Source: Octopus sinensis
Lineage: Eukaryota
NCBI RefSeq assembly: GCF_006345805.1
Contig: NC_043005.1
Span: 43,462,001-43,526,000 of the forward strand
DNA: 64,000 nucleotides
Direction: 5' to 3'
The position numbers and the translations under genes are program-made. Of the stretch, positions 50,245-61,823 are shown piece by piece; position 1 is the first letter of the stretch, and each line of letters opens with the position of its first letter. The notes under the pieces were generated by a model that saw only the letters and a list, made by a program, of their open reading frames with translations, was not told the origin of the DNA and did not search any database.

Positions 50245-50590
50245 ACACACGTAACTATAAGGCTAATTAGACAAGGAAAACCAAATTTGTTACTGATTGA
50301 TATACCATGTTCATTTAATTCCAGTATTGTGAAGAAAGAAGACGGAAATTAAAAAAATATACAATCCCTTAAAATCTGATATTGCGAGAATTTGTAATAT
50401 GGAATCTGTAAATGTTGAGCTTGTAATAATTGACGCATTTGAGACTGCGTGTAATGATATAGACAAATAGTTAAAAGCAATTGGAATAGAATGTTTTGTA
50501 GACCTACAGAATGTTTGCCTCTTACCAACATAAAATCTACCAGGAATAAGACCAAACATGAGTCAGGTTGAATAATAATGATAAAAATAA
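50245..50590 (+). mobile_element. R4/Dong-like RLE domain fragment with (AAT)n tail
   Basis: LLLIDIPCSFNSSIVKKE..KLKKY..LK.DIARI..V.LVII.A..T..LQNVCLL. Confidence 0.65.
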
Positions 50591-50981
50591 TAATAATGCT
50601 TTTAAACTTTGGCACAAGGCCAGTAATTTCAGTGTAAGGGGTAAGTCAATTGCATCAACCCCAGGGTTCAACTGGTACTTATTTTATTGACTCTGAACAG
50701 ATGAAAGGCAAAGTCAACCTTGGTGGCATTTAAACTCGGAGTATAAACTCAGAAGAAATGCTGTAAGCATTTTGTCTGGTGTGGAAATAATTCTGCCGGC
50801 TCACCACCTTATTAATGATGATGATGATGTATATAGGGGATCCTTCCTTTATTAGATTCAAGGGCTTGATGAAACTCTACTTCTAAAAAGTTACTGGACC
50901 TTGTTCCCCAAATTCTGACACTTCTCATAACAAATCTGTCTAATGTTTGTGTTCGTATTCTGTCCTTTTCATGCTGTTTAA

Positions 50982-51546
50982 CCCTTTTGAGACCAAGCCA
51001 CCTGAAACAGACCCTAGTTCTGGGATACCACTCCTTGTTTAAAGTAACCTAAATAAGTCTTTCATTAAAATTTCCTGTTAATTTATGTTCCAAACACCAC
51101 CTAAGAATGACAAAGTTATTTTACTAAATTCTGCCCAAAGTCCTATTGCATAGCACCTTGGGCAAGTTTCTTCTACTATAGCCCCGGGCCAACCAAAGCC
51201 TTGTGAGTGGATTTGGTAGATGGAAACTGAAAGAAGCCTGTCGTATATATGTATATGTATGTGTCTATGTGCATGTATCTTTGAGTTTGTCTCCCCATCA
51301 CTGCTTTATAACTGGTGTTGGTGTGTTTACATCCCCTATAAATTAGTGGTTCAGCAAAAGAGACCGATAGAATAAGTACTTGGCTTAAGAAATAAGTCTT
51401 GAAGTCGATTTGTTTGACCAAAACCCTTCATGGTGGTGCTCCAGCATGGCTACAGTCAAATGACTGAAACAAGTAAAAGAAAATTATTTTCAAAATTAAT
51501 TGAGACAAAGATAGTATTTTTCAGCAGAAATATAGTAACAAAAGGA
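50982..51546. mobile_element. piggyBac-like MITE interrupted by SINE family A (51135-51480, +)
   Basis: TTAA|CCCTTTTG start and CAAAAGGA|TTAA end. Confidence 0.65.
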
Positions 51547-51929
51547 TTAAAATGTTATCGTATTTCATTCTCATTCTTCACATCTTCCAATAATTTTTTG
51601 TGTATGCTATATTAGTATCTTTTTAGAGCTTTGTTTTTCATGTGGATGATTGTGAATTTCATATCATTTGAAATGGATGATGGTTCTTTCACCACTTCAT
51701 AATGAAATAGTACTTCCTCAACAAAGAATGTCTTCTCTTACCATGAAGCCTCACAGTTTTAATAGCACCTTTTTTTTTCACTCAGGTTTATTTTCATTGG
51801 GTCTTTTGCTGCTGGTATTGAGGATGGTTTATTTTTATTTACTATCTCATGAGTTATGCCTAGTAATGCCTTAAAATCAACTACCTCTGTGTCTTGGTTG
51901 TCAAGTTTTACTTTTGCTTTTAAGGTTTC

Positions 51930-52210
51930 TCATCATCATCAACATTATCATTTAACATCTGTTGTCCATGCTAGCATGAGTTGGACAGCTTGACCAGAGC
52001 TGGCAAGCTGGGGAGCTGCATCAGACCCCAGTCTGATTTGGCATGGTTTCTATGGCTGGATGCCCTTCTTAATGCCAACCACTTTACAGGGTGTGCTGGG
52101 TGTTTTTACGTGGCACCACGCAGGTGCTTTTATGCAATTCCACAAGGGCACTTTTATGTGACACTGTACAGGCACTTTCATGTGGAACCACATGGGTGCC
52201 TTTACATGTA
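51930..52210 (-). mobile_element. Repeat family C
   Basis: Core on minus. Confidence 0.8.
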
Positions 52211-52429
52211 TATAAAGCCCTTAAGTGCCAGATTGTTTATATTGTATGTTTGAGTTTTAAGGTTCCATTTACAAAACATAATTCTGATTTTGTTTTGTGA
52301 TCATATTCACACAAAAGATAGACATGCAAGCCACAGACTACATCCTACGTACAAAAAAAGAAATGAAAAAAATTTTCGATTAAATGTCACTAGTAAAATA
52401 AAAGAAAAAAAAAAGAATACAATATCTGT

Positions 52430-53260
52430 CTCAGTTGGAGCTGAAAGAGTTTGTTAGAGCAGTGAATGATGAAGAATTTGGTTACATAGGAAAGGAAATT
52501 GAATGAGAAATAGCAGAAAGATTAATGAATCATTAGCAGGAAAGAAGTAGTAATAAGAATAAAAATAAGTTTTACTTCATAAAGGAAACGGATATTATAG
52601 AGGAGGAAAGGAGCTTACTTCAGTATTTGAATGAGACAAGAAATATGGATGAAACAAGATTACAAGATTTAAAAGTGGAAAGCTATGAAAATTAGTAAAG
52701 TAACTGGATATAAACCATGAACAAAAATCAAAGTGGAGAATTTAACAGAGGTTAATGACCTCGTATATTGTGCATCTTCTGTTGCAGTAACACTCATTGG
52801 AGTAAAAAGTCAAGTAGAAAAAAAAAAGTCGAAGATTCATTGTAGAAAAGGAGACTTGAGAAGCAAGTTAAGCAACTCATTAAAGATCTTGGATAAATGC
52901 TATAAATGAAAAGGTGAAGGAAAGACATAAGGACAAGCTTCAAAGAAAGTACAACATCAGATAAAACAGAAAAAATTCAAAATGAAGCTGAGTGAAAATA
53001 TTAGATATAAACAATGTAACAGTTCGTATCAACAGAATGAGAAATTTTAGCAATAACTGCACAATTAGAATAAGCAACAGGAAAATGAATTACTAAATAC
53101 TGAAGCAGTAAGGATCTTTGGGTTAAATACTTGGAGCAAGGAAGTTCAGCAGTGACGGGTCCTGGTAGTAAAGGTTTAAAAGTGATGCTAAAAAATAGGC
53201 CAAGACAAGAATATATAAACATTACAGAAGAGAGAAAAAAATGATGCTTCAAAAGAAACC
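52430..53260 (+). mobile_element. R4/Dong-like element, pre-RT region (decayed)
   Basis: LTEVNDLVYCASSVAV..RRLEKQVKQL.KDL..LQRKYNI..RYKQCNSSYQQNEKF resembles the R4 N-terminal motifs. Confidence 0.6.
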
Positions 53261-53459
53261 AAACAACAGATCTTCCTGATGTTGGTGGCTTAAAAGTTTC
53301 ACAAGCATGCCCAGTTGTATGTAACAGTTCCTTACTGGTTGCATAGGAGACGGTGCACATGTATGACTCAACAGTAGCTGTCTGCATCTGAACTTAAATC
53401 TGAAAGAGTGAGCCTTCATTATTGTAGCTCAGAATCAGTATTTGTCCATGAAATCAAAC

Positions 53460-53895
53460 TCAGTGACTGACATCCGTTGCTAGTGGAGCGCTAAGAGTAC
53501 CATACGAGTGAGTTCGTTGCCAGAGCAACAAGCTGGCCTTCATGCCGATGGCATGTTAAACACCATTCGAGCGTGATTGTTACCGCGTTGCCTTACTAGC
53601 ACTTGTGACATGTGAAATATTCGAGCGAGGTTATCGCCAGTGCCTCTGGACTGGCTCCTGTGCAGGTGGCATATAAAAAGCACCATTTGGGTGTGGGCGT
53701 TGCCAGTTCCACCAAACTGGCCCTCATGCTGGTGGAACGTAAAAGCACCCACTACACTCTCGGGGTGGTTGGCGTTAGGAAGGGCATCCAGCTGTAGAAA
53801 CTCTGCCAGATCAGATTGGAGTTTGGTTCATCAGACCTCAGTCAAATCGTCCAACCTATGCTAGCATGGAAAGCGGATGTTAAATGATGATGATG
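53460..53895 (+). mobile_element. Repeat family C, long copy
   Basis: Internal subrepeats, core and (GAT)n tail. Confidence 0.8.
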
Positions 53896-54170
53896 AAATT
53901 ACCAAGTCAACCTTCTTTAAAATGGTGATGATCTCTCTTCTCCCTTTTGTGGTGCAACCAGAGAAACATTTGATCACCTCATCTCTGGATGCTCTGTGTT
54001 AACCTCAACTGAGTATACCTATTGTCATGATGGCCTTGGTCGTTATTTGCACTGGATCATATGCCATCAGTTTGAACTTTTATATGAGAAAAGCGTAAGT
54101 CAGGCATAGTAGAAATTAAAGACACAACCATTCTTTAGAAATTTAGTATAGAAACTAATCGAGCTACGAT
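53895..54170 (+). mobile_element. R4/Dong-like CCHC zinc-knuckle fragment
   Basis: PFCGATRETFDHLISGCSVLTSTEYTYCHDGLGRYLHWIIC matches the C..C...ET..H...C..L...Y..RH...HW pattern (first Cys not intact). Confidence 0.75.
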
Positions 54171-54187
54171 ATCATCCCCTGTTTTAA

Positions 54188-54406
54188 CACTTTAGTATTC
54201 AAACCAATCGTATCTGGCCATAATATTTTACATGTTTTATGTTCAAATCAGCCATATCTGGCTTGTCACACCTACCCTACAATGTCCTTCTAAAAATAAG
54301 CAATCACATTATGAAAATCTCAAAGCTACAAGATAATCTATGATTAATTCAAAACAATATGAAAAAAAATCATTACATTTGACAGAATGATCTGAATGCT
54401 AAAGGG
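54188..54406. mobile_element. piggyBac-like MITE, complete
   Basis: TTAA|CACTTTAGTATTCA ... TGAATGCTAAAGGG|TTAA. Confidence 0.75.
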
Positions 54407-54489
54407 TTAAAGTGATTTAAATTACAGTTGTCTTCTATTGATATTTCATGTTAATCTGTTCCAAACAAGCTAATAATGACAATGGCTAA

Positions 54490-54820
54490 GAGGTAAAGAG
54501 CTCCTTCAGTCATGAATGACCATGGGATTGTACCTAGAAAGTTTCCCTCCAAGGTACAAATCTAGGCAAGATCGTTTATGGGAGACTAGCAGTTGCTCAT
54601 GCATACCAACCTCCCCTCTCCATGCCACCAATATAATCCAAGGGAAAGGCAAAAGCCAATGCAGCTTGGCACCAGTTATGCTGCACTTCATTTCTACAGC
54701 TGAGTGAACTGGAGCAATGTGAAATAGAGTTTCTTGCTCAAGAACACAGCACACAGAATCGAACTCACTACTTCATGATTATGAGCCTGGCACTCTAACC
54801 ACTGAGCCATGTACCTTCAC
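54490..54820 (-). mobile_element. SINE family D, full length
   Basis: Head CATGGCTCAGTGGTTAGAGTG..GAGTTCGATTC on minus. Confidence 0.85.
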
Positions 54821-54909
54821 TTTAACAACCTTATTTTACTAAATTCTTTATTGTTTTCAGAATTAATTGGAACAAGTCAGTACATTTAAATAGAGACATA
54901 GTAACAAAG

Positions 54910-55225
54910 TGGAGGTGCAATGGCCCAGTGTTTAGGGCAGTGGACTTGCGGTTGTAGGATCGTGGTTTTGATTCTCAGACCAAGCGTTGTGAGTGTTTAT
55001 TGAGTGAAAACACCTAAAGCTCCACGAGGCTCCGGTAGGGGATGGTGGCGATCCCTGCTGTACTCTTTTGCTACAACTTTCTCTCTCTTTCTTCTGTTGG
55101 CCTGCTCGCTTAGCCAGCAAGGTGGCGTCATTTGAAGGCTAAAACAATGTGAAGCGCATTGTGACCAGCGATGTGAGCAACATCTGATAGCCTGGTCGGT
55201 GATCATGGTGATCATGGTGATAGTA
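54910..55225 (+). mobile_element. SINE with family E 5' module and a different 3' module
   Basis: GAAAACACCTAAAGCTCCACGAGGCTCCGG shared with the 29975 element; 3' part shared with the 38305 element; (GGTGATCAT)n end. Confidence 0.7.
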
Positions 55226-55889
55226 ACAAAAGTGTTAAAATGTGATGTCATTTCCCTCTCATTCTGGATTTTCTGGTAAATAATCAGACAAAACATGTTT
55301 GCTCATAGAAATGTCAATCCCAGAAAATGGCAATATCTCAGGGTAAATGTCCAAAAAGTTATATGAGTACAAGGCCCAAAATTTTGGTGGAGGGGGGCAG
55401 TTGTTTAGATCAACTCCAGTATGCAACTGTTACTTAATTTATCGACCCTGAAAGGATGAAAGGCAAAGCCGACCTCGGAGAAATTTGAACTCAGAGCATA
55501 AATACAGACAAAATACCTCTAAGAATTTCACCCAGCATGCTAACTTTTCTGCCAGCTCGCCACCTTATGGCCTTCCAAATATCAGTCTCAAAAATGTGGT
55601 ATCTAAGAACAACAACTGTGTCTGTGATCACTGGTACTTTGGGGATAACATTGGTTTCAAATTTTGGTACAGGGCCAGCAATTTCCAGGAAGGGAGTAAG
55701 TTGATTAAATTGAGCCTTGCGCTCATTTGATACTTATTTTATTGACCCCCCCCCGGAAGGATGAAAGGTAAGTCAGCCTCAGTGGAATTTGAACTCTGAA
55801 CATTAGGATGAATGAAATGTCACTAACTATTTTGTCTGGTGTGCTAATGATTCTGTCGGTTCACCGCCTTGGGGGAAAATATCAAATGA

Positions 55890-56415
55890 CACTCTTCCTA
55901 ACCACATGGTTCCAGGTTCAGTCCCATTGCATGGCAAGTGTCTTCTACTATTGGGCTAGTGTCTTGGGCATGTGTCTTCTACTATTGCCTCGGGCCAACC
56001 AAATCCCTGTGAGTGGATTTGGTAGATGGAAACTAAAAGAAGCCTGTTGTACATATATATATATATATAAAACCTGATGTGTATATATGCATGTATATAC
56101 ATACACACATATATATATCTATATATGTGTATGTGTGTGTCTATGTGAGTATGTATGTATGTATGTATGTATGTATGTATGTATGCATGTATGTATTATC
56201 TATGTGTCTGTGTTTGTCCCCATATCATCACTTGACAATGGATGTTGGTGTGTTTACATCCCTGTAACTTAGTAGTTTGGCAAAAAAAGACCAATAGAGT
56301 ACTAGGCTTCAAAAAAGTAAATCCTGGGTCATTTTGTTTGACTAAGATCCTTCAATGTGGTGTTTCAGCATAGCCGCAGTCAAATGACTGAAAAAAAAGT
56401 AAAAGAATAAAAGAA
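55890..56415 (+). mobile_element. SINE family A
   Basis: Body with a local duplication of GTGTCTTCTACTATTG; tail present. Confidence 0.85.
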
Positions 56416-57169
56416 TATCAGGAAAGCCAAAAGTGTCGGAACTACAAAATCTTATTCTCCTGGGTACAGCCAACATCCTGAGGTAAAACAGAGTCAGCCT
56501 GAGAGTACATGAATTTTGTAAAATCCTTAAAAATCTTTTAAAATTGCAAATATTCCAACAAATTTTTAACAGAATCCTAATTCTTAATGTTTAGTCTCCT
56601 TTCTCAGAAATATATCATTGCTTCTCACAAATAACAGCCACTTTATAAAGTCTGCCTTACCATTTCTTAAGGTCTCTAGTTGAAACTTGGAACAACTAGT
56701 ATAAAACAAAGCAACAACAATGGAAATACAATAATGGTTTCAAATTTTGGCACAAGGCCAGCAATTTCAGGGGAAGGCGATAAGTCAATTACATTACACC
56801 CAGGGCTCAACTGGTACTTATTTTATCGACCTTGTGAGATTGAAAGGTAGAGTCAACCTTGGCAGAATTTGAACTCAGAACGCAAAGACAAGAAATATCA
56901 CTAAGCATTTCCCCCGGTTTGCTAAGGATTCAGCCACCTTGCTACCTTACAATAGAAATATAATAATAATAATAATGGTTTCTAATTTTAGGCACTAGGG
57001 CAGCAACTTCAAGGGAAGGGACTGAGCCAGTTCTGTCAAGTTTGATATTTAATTTGTAGTTTTTTTTTTACCCAGTGGGGATGAAAGGTAAAGCTGTCCT
57101 CAGTGGGTTTAGAATTCAGAACATGAAGAAGAACTGGAAAAAATACTGCCTCGCACACTTTACACAGAA

Positions 57170-57400
57170 TTATCTAAGTTGTATCATTATGCATATCATA
57201 AGAGAATTAGATCAAATACAGACTCACAATTCTTAGGAATCATTGAATTAGAAGTACATCTCCTACAAACGAAAGGAAAGATTAAGAAGGAATATTATAG
57301 ATGCATTAGATTAACACTTAGAGAGTTAAGCACACATGTAATGGAGTAGGCATCATTACTCTTGCTGTATCAGTAACAAGTTGTTGTAACATTCTCCGTT
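57170..57400 (+). mobile_element. R4/Dong-like RT fragment
   Basis: FLGIIE..KGKIKKEYYRCIRLTLREL..GIITLAVSV resembles YLG..KEY.RR.R.IL..LN..AI...A.P. Confidence 0.6.
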
Positions 57401-57696
57401 TGATGCTAAATAGATTAGAAAGACTAGATAGAAGAAGAAAAATAGTGCTTTCAAGTTTCAACACAAGGCCAGCAATTTCAGGAGAGGAATAGGTTGATTA
57501 GATCAAGTCCTGGTGTTCAAACGGTACTTATTTTATTGAACCTGAAAGGATGATAGACAAAACCAACTTGCAGCCGATTTTGAACTCAGAACATAAAAGT
57601 GGATGAAATACTGCTTAGCATTTTGCCTGGTGTGCTAATGATTCTGCCAGCTCACAGCTTTAAGAACAACAACAACAACAAATATTGACAGCATAT

Positions 57697-57872
57697 AGGT
57701 GTAGGCGTGGCTGTGTGGTAAGTAGCTTGCTTATGAACCACATAGTTCCGGATTCAGTCTCACTGCGTGGCACCTTGGACAAGTGTCTTCTACTATAGCG
57801 TCGGGCTGACCAAAGCCTTGTGAGTGGATTTGGTAGACCGAAACTGAAAGAAGCCCATTGTGTATATATATA

Positions 57873-57932
<60 letters not shown>

Positions 57933-58155
57933 ATATGTTTGTGTGTCTGTGTTTGTCCCCCCAACATCTCTTGACAACCGATGCTGGTGTGTTTACATCC
58001 CCGTAACTTAGCGATTTGGCAAAAGAGACCAATAGAATAAGTACCACACTTACAAAGAATAAGTCCTGGGGTCGATTTGCTCAACTAAAGGTGGTGCTCC
58101 AGCATGGCCGCAATCAAATGACTGAAGCAAGTAAAAGAGTAAAAGCGTAAAAGAG
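57697..58155 (+). mobile_element. SINE family A, full length
   Basis: Head, tract and tail. Confidence 0.9.
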
Positions 58156-58479
58156 ACAGCATTTAGAATAAATATAAAAAAAAAGTACTTGTGAATATAG
58201 GGGTGTAGTGACCCTGAGTAACAACTGTGAACTTATAAAATATCCGTTGGATGGCTACAAATATGTAAAGAAAAATAGTAAACTAATATAAATAACTAAA
58301 AAGTACATATGCAATAAAAAGATGAGAAAGTGAAAAGGGAGAAACAACAAGAGAAAGTGAAAGAAGATGAACTTATAAAATATCCATTAGATGGCTACAA
58401 AGGTATAAAAATAATATATACAAACTAATGTAAATAACTAAAAATCATACACGCAATATAAAATATTATAATAAAAAAG

Positions 58480-58778
58480 CACCATCCGTTCGTGTCCGTT
58501 GCCAGCCTTGCTTGGCCCCCGTGCCGGTGGCACTTAAAAGGCACCATCCGTTTGTGGCCATTTGCTAGCTCTGTCTGGCACCTGTGCGGGTGGCACGTAA
58601 AAAGCATCCACTACACTCACGGAGTGGTTGGCGTTAGGAAGGGCATCCAGCCGTAGAAACACTGCCAGATCTGACTAGGCCTGATGAAGCCTTCCGGCTT
58701 CACAGACCCCAGTTGAACCGTCCAACCCATGCTAGCATGGAAAACGGACGCTAAACGATGATGATGATGATGATGATG
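58480..58778 (+). mobile_element. Repeat family C
   Basis: Subrepeats, core, (GAT)n. Confidence 0.85.
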
Positions 58779-58799
58779 AAAATGGAGGGAATAACAAGA

Positions 58800-59280
58800 G
58801 AAATTGTGAGAAGATGAAAAATAATCCTTCAGAAGGCCACACTGAAGCAAGGACAAGAAAATACCTTCCTGTATCCAATAACTGTAAAAAACTGAACAGA
58901 TTGAAAATAGACAAATATACAGCTGCAAAGTTTCAGAAAATGATCAAGGTGAGCACATTCATGGAGAGTCGTAGGTAAACTGTGGATGCCTATCAAGAAA
59001 TTACTTTGAATCTTCTTTTTTATATTGTCTGGCTCATCTGATAATGATATATCTCATGTGGCCCAATTCTTGGAAAACGTTGCCCATGTCTACTCTTGGA
59101 TTTGTCAGTTCAAATGGATCGGCAGAAGAGTAAGGAAAATCTGATAGATGTTATTGTCAAGAACCACCAAGAAAGAAACTGTTTCCTGATTGAAATTTCG
59201 GTGCCAACTGATGCTGATGTAACTCAAAAGGAAATAGAGAAATTATTCAAATAGCCAGAAAGTGGGGGTGTCAAAAATAG
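58800..59280 (+). mobile_element. R4/Dong-like RLE-region fragment
   Basis: QMDRQK..DVIVKNHQERNCFLIEISVPTDADVTQKEIEKLFK matches the D.....C.LI....P.D.N...KE.EK..KY motif. Confidence 0.7.
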
Positions 59281-59532
59281 ATGCAGGTTCCTCAATATAT
59301 ATCTTAGGTTTGACTCAAATAATATAGATAAATACACAACCAAACCCCAGAGCACGTAGGTGAAGGTGTGTCCATGTGGTAAGAAGTTTGCTTCCCAACA
59401 ACATAGATCTAAAGTCAGTTGCACTGCATGGCAATTTGAGTCATGCAAATTATTGTAGTCTTCTACTATAGCTTCAGGCCAGCCAAAGTCTTGTGACTGG
59501 ATTCGGTAGATGGAAACTGAAAGAAGCCAGAC

Positions 59533-59586
<54 letters not shown>

Positions 59587-59608
59587 ATATATATATATAT
59601 TATATATA

Positions 59609-60700
59609 TTAGGTTGGTAACTAAGTTCCTGCTGTCTTTTTCAATTTAAGCTTTTTTAAAGGTTTAATAAAAAATAACAACTAATTAAGCAATAATGTAT
59701 TCACCCTTGTTGTTTACAACTGCTTCCCAACGTTCAACAAGATATTCAATACCTCTTTGGTAGAAATCACCTGATTTCAACTCGAAAAATTGATCCAACC
59801 AAGCTCTCAATCCTGCATCAGTATTGAACGAAACTCCGCGCATAACATTTGAAAGAGATTGAAAGAGATGGAAATCCATTGGTGTCAAATCAGGAGAGTA
59901 CAGGGTGTGTGGCAGCACTTCCCAGCCATGCGTTTGAATGGCTGCCTTGGTCATATTGGTGATATGAGTGTGGGTGCTGTCGTGCAGCAGAAGAACTCCA
60001 TGCTGCCGATTAGATCTTTTCTCTTGAATAGCCGTGTTGAGTTGTTCCATCTGTTGAACATAGAGTCCCGCATTGACCATTTGGTTCTGTTCAAGTAATT
60101 CATAATGGATAATCCCTTCCCAGTCCCACCATACACACAAAATTGTTTTACGTGGATGAAGATCCTCTTTCATGTGCGGTGTTGCTTGTTTACAGGGGCT
60201 AAGCCTTTCCTTACACTGCTTCATATTGATGTACAGGCACCATTTTTCGTCCCCAGTAATGATTTGGCAAAGAAATCGTTGCTTGTGTCCATGAGTTGAG
60301 CGGCGACGAGAAAGCAAACCAGCAGAGATTGTGGCTTGTTGATCTTTGTTGTTATCACTTAAAGTATGTGGAACCCATGTTCCATACTTCTGAACCTTTC
60401 CCATCGAGTAAAGATGCTTCTCTATAGCAGTGTGGGAGCATTTTCTCTGCCAGTTCCCTTGTCATTTGATGAGAATTTTCGGGCAAAAGTTGGTTTAATC
60501 ACTCTTCATTGAACTCAACTAGACAGCCAGACTGCAATGTGTCTTTCAGGTCAAAATTTCCATTTTTGAACTTGGCTTACCAATCACAAGTGGTTCTTTT
60601 GGCTATGGCACCCACTCCATACACAGCCCAAATGTTGCGAGCAACTTTTGTGGCCTTAGAAACTTGATTAAAAGCAAAAAGGATGTGTTGAAAATGTTTG
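59609..60700 (-). mobile_element. mariner (DD34D) transposon, 5' end damaged
   Basis: TA|TTAGGTTGGTAAC TIR at 59609; transposase homology across the element. Confidence 0.9.
59685..60404 (-). pseudogene. mariner transposase catalytic domain (239-codon open stretch; N-terminal HTH frameshifted)
   Basis: WVPHTL, TGDEKW, LLLHD and YSPDLTPMD; 34 residues between the 2nd and 3rd Asp. Confidence 0.9.
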
Positions 60701-61584
60701 TTTTCCCATTTTCCTTTTTCCATGTTGCAGTTATTTGACTGCGACCATGCTGGGGCACCACCTTGTAGTATTTTTAGATGACTGTATGGAACCCAGAATT
60801 TTTTTGTAAGTCAAGTCAAAACCATCTCAGTGATATATTTCGTTTTTTTGTAGGGTTTTTTTCCTTTGTACTTGTTAAATCATTAGACTGTGATAATGCT
60901 GGGGCATAGTTTGAAGAATGTTTAGTCGAATGTATTGACCCCAAGAATTTTTGATAGGTGATTTTCAACCAGCGCATGAAGTTAACTGTGTGCATGTGTT
61001 CTTATATTTGTGCTTGCAGCCCCACCTCTTCCACTTGACAACCAATGCTGGTTTGTTTATATCTATGTAACTTAGTGGTCTGGCAAAAGAGGCTGATAGG
61101 ATAAGTATGAAGCTTTAAATGTAAGTGCTTAAGTCAATTCGTTCAGCAAAAACCCTTCAAGGCAAAGCCTCACATGGCCACAGTCCAATGACTTGAATAA
61201 ACAAAAGAGAAATAAAACAAAACGCTGTTAACACCCCTCAACAAACAACAAACATCTCAATAAAAGACGAGTAAGAAATTCTTCAAACAGTGTTATTTTT
61301 ATTTGTTTACAATAGTTTGCAAAGAATTGACTTCAGAGAAAGCAAAACGAAAGACTAATTATAATATATGAAGAAAATGGTACTTTTCTATGGAAACAAT
61401 CTTCTGTTTAATTCAACAAGATAATTAATTATTTTTAGCTTCTGTCTTTCTTTAACTCTGGATAGACCATTTTTATTTATTTATTTAAATATTTATTTAT
61501 TTATTGTTATTGATTTTTATTTTTTATTTTCTATCTTTTATTTTCTATTGATTATTCTTTTTCTTCATTTTCTTTTTTTATTTG

Positions 61585-61790
61585 TTTCAGTCATTTGACT
61601 GTGGCCATGCTAGAGCATGCCTTGTAGGGTTTTAGTCAAAAATATCGACCCCATGACTTATTCTTTGTAAGCCTAGTACTTATTCTGTCAGTCTTTTTTG
61701 CTGAACCTCTATGTTACAGGGACATAAACACACCAGCATCAGTTGTCAAGTGATAGTGGGGAACAACACAGACACTCACACACACATAAA

Positions 61791-61823
<33 letters not shown>

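Larger units (their letters stand above)
55370..57665 (-). mobile_element. Cluster of five minus-strand SINE family B copies (about 55370, 55650, 56730, 56980, 57455)
   Basis: Each shows GGCCAGCAA.. tail, GATGAAAGG core and GAACTCAGA head on plus. Confidence 0.75.

Noticed and set aside
4829-58084. Dozens of ORFs rich in YI/HT/CV/MY repeats in the ORF track
   Set aside because: They are translations of (TA)n, (CA)n and (TACA)n tracts and adjacent SINE bodies; these repeats lack stop codons in some frames
58678-58710. CTGATGA followed by a hairpin (AAGCC/GGCTT)
   Set aside because: No GAAA after the stem; a mutated piece of family C
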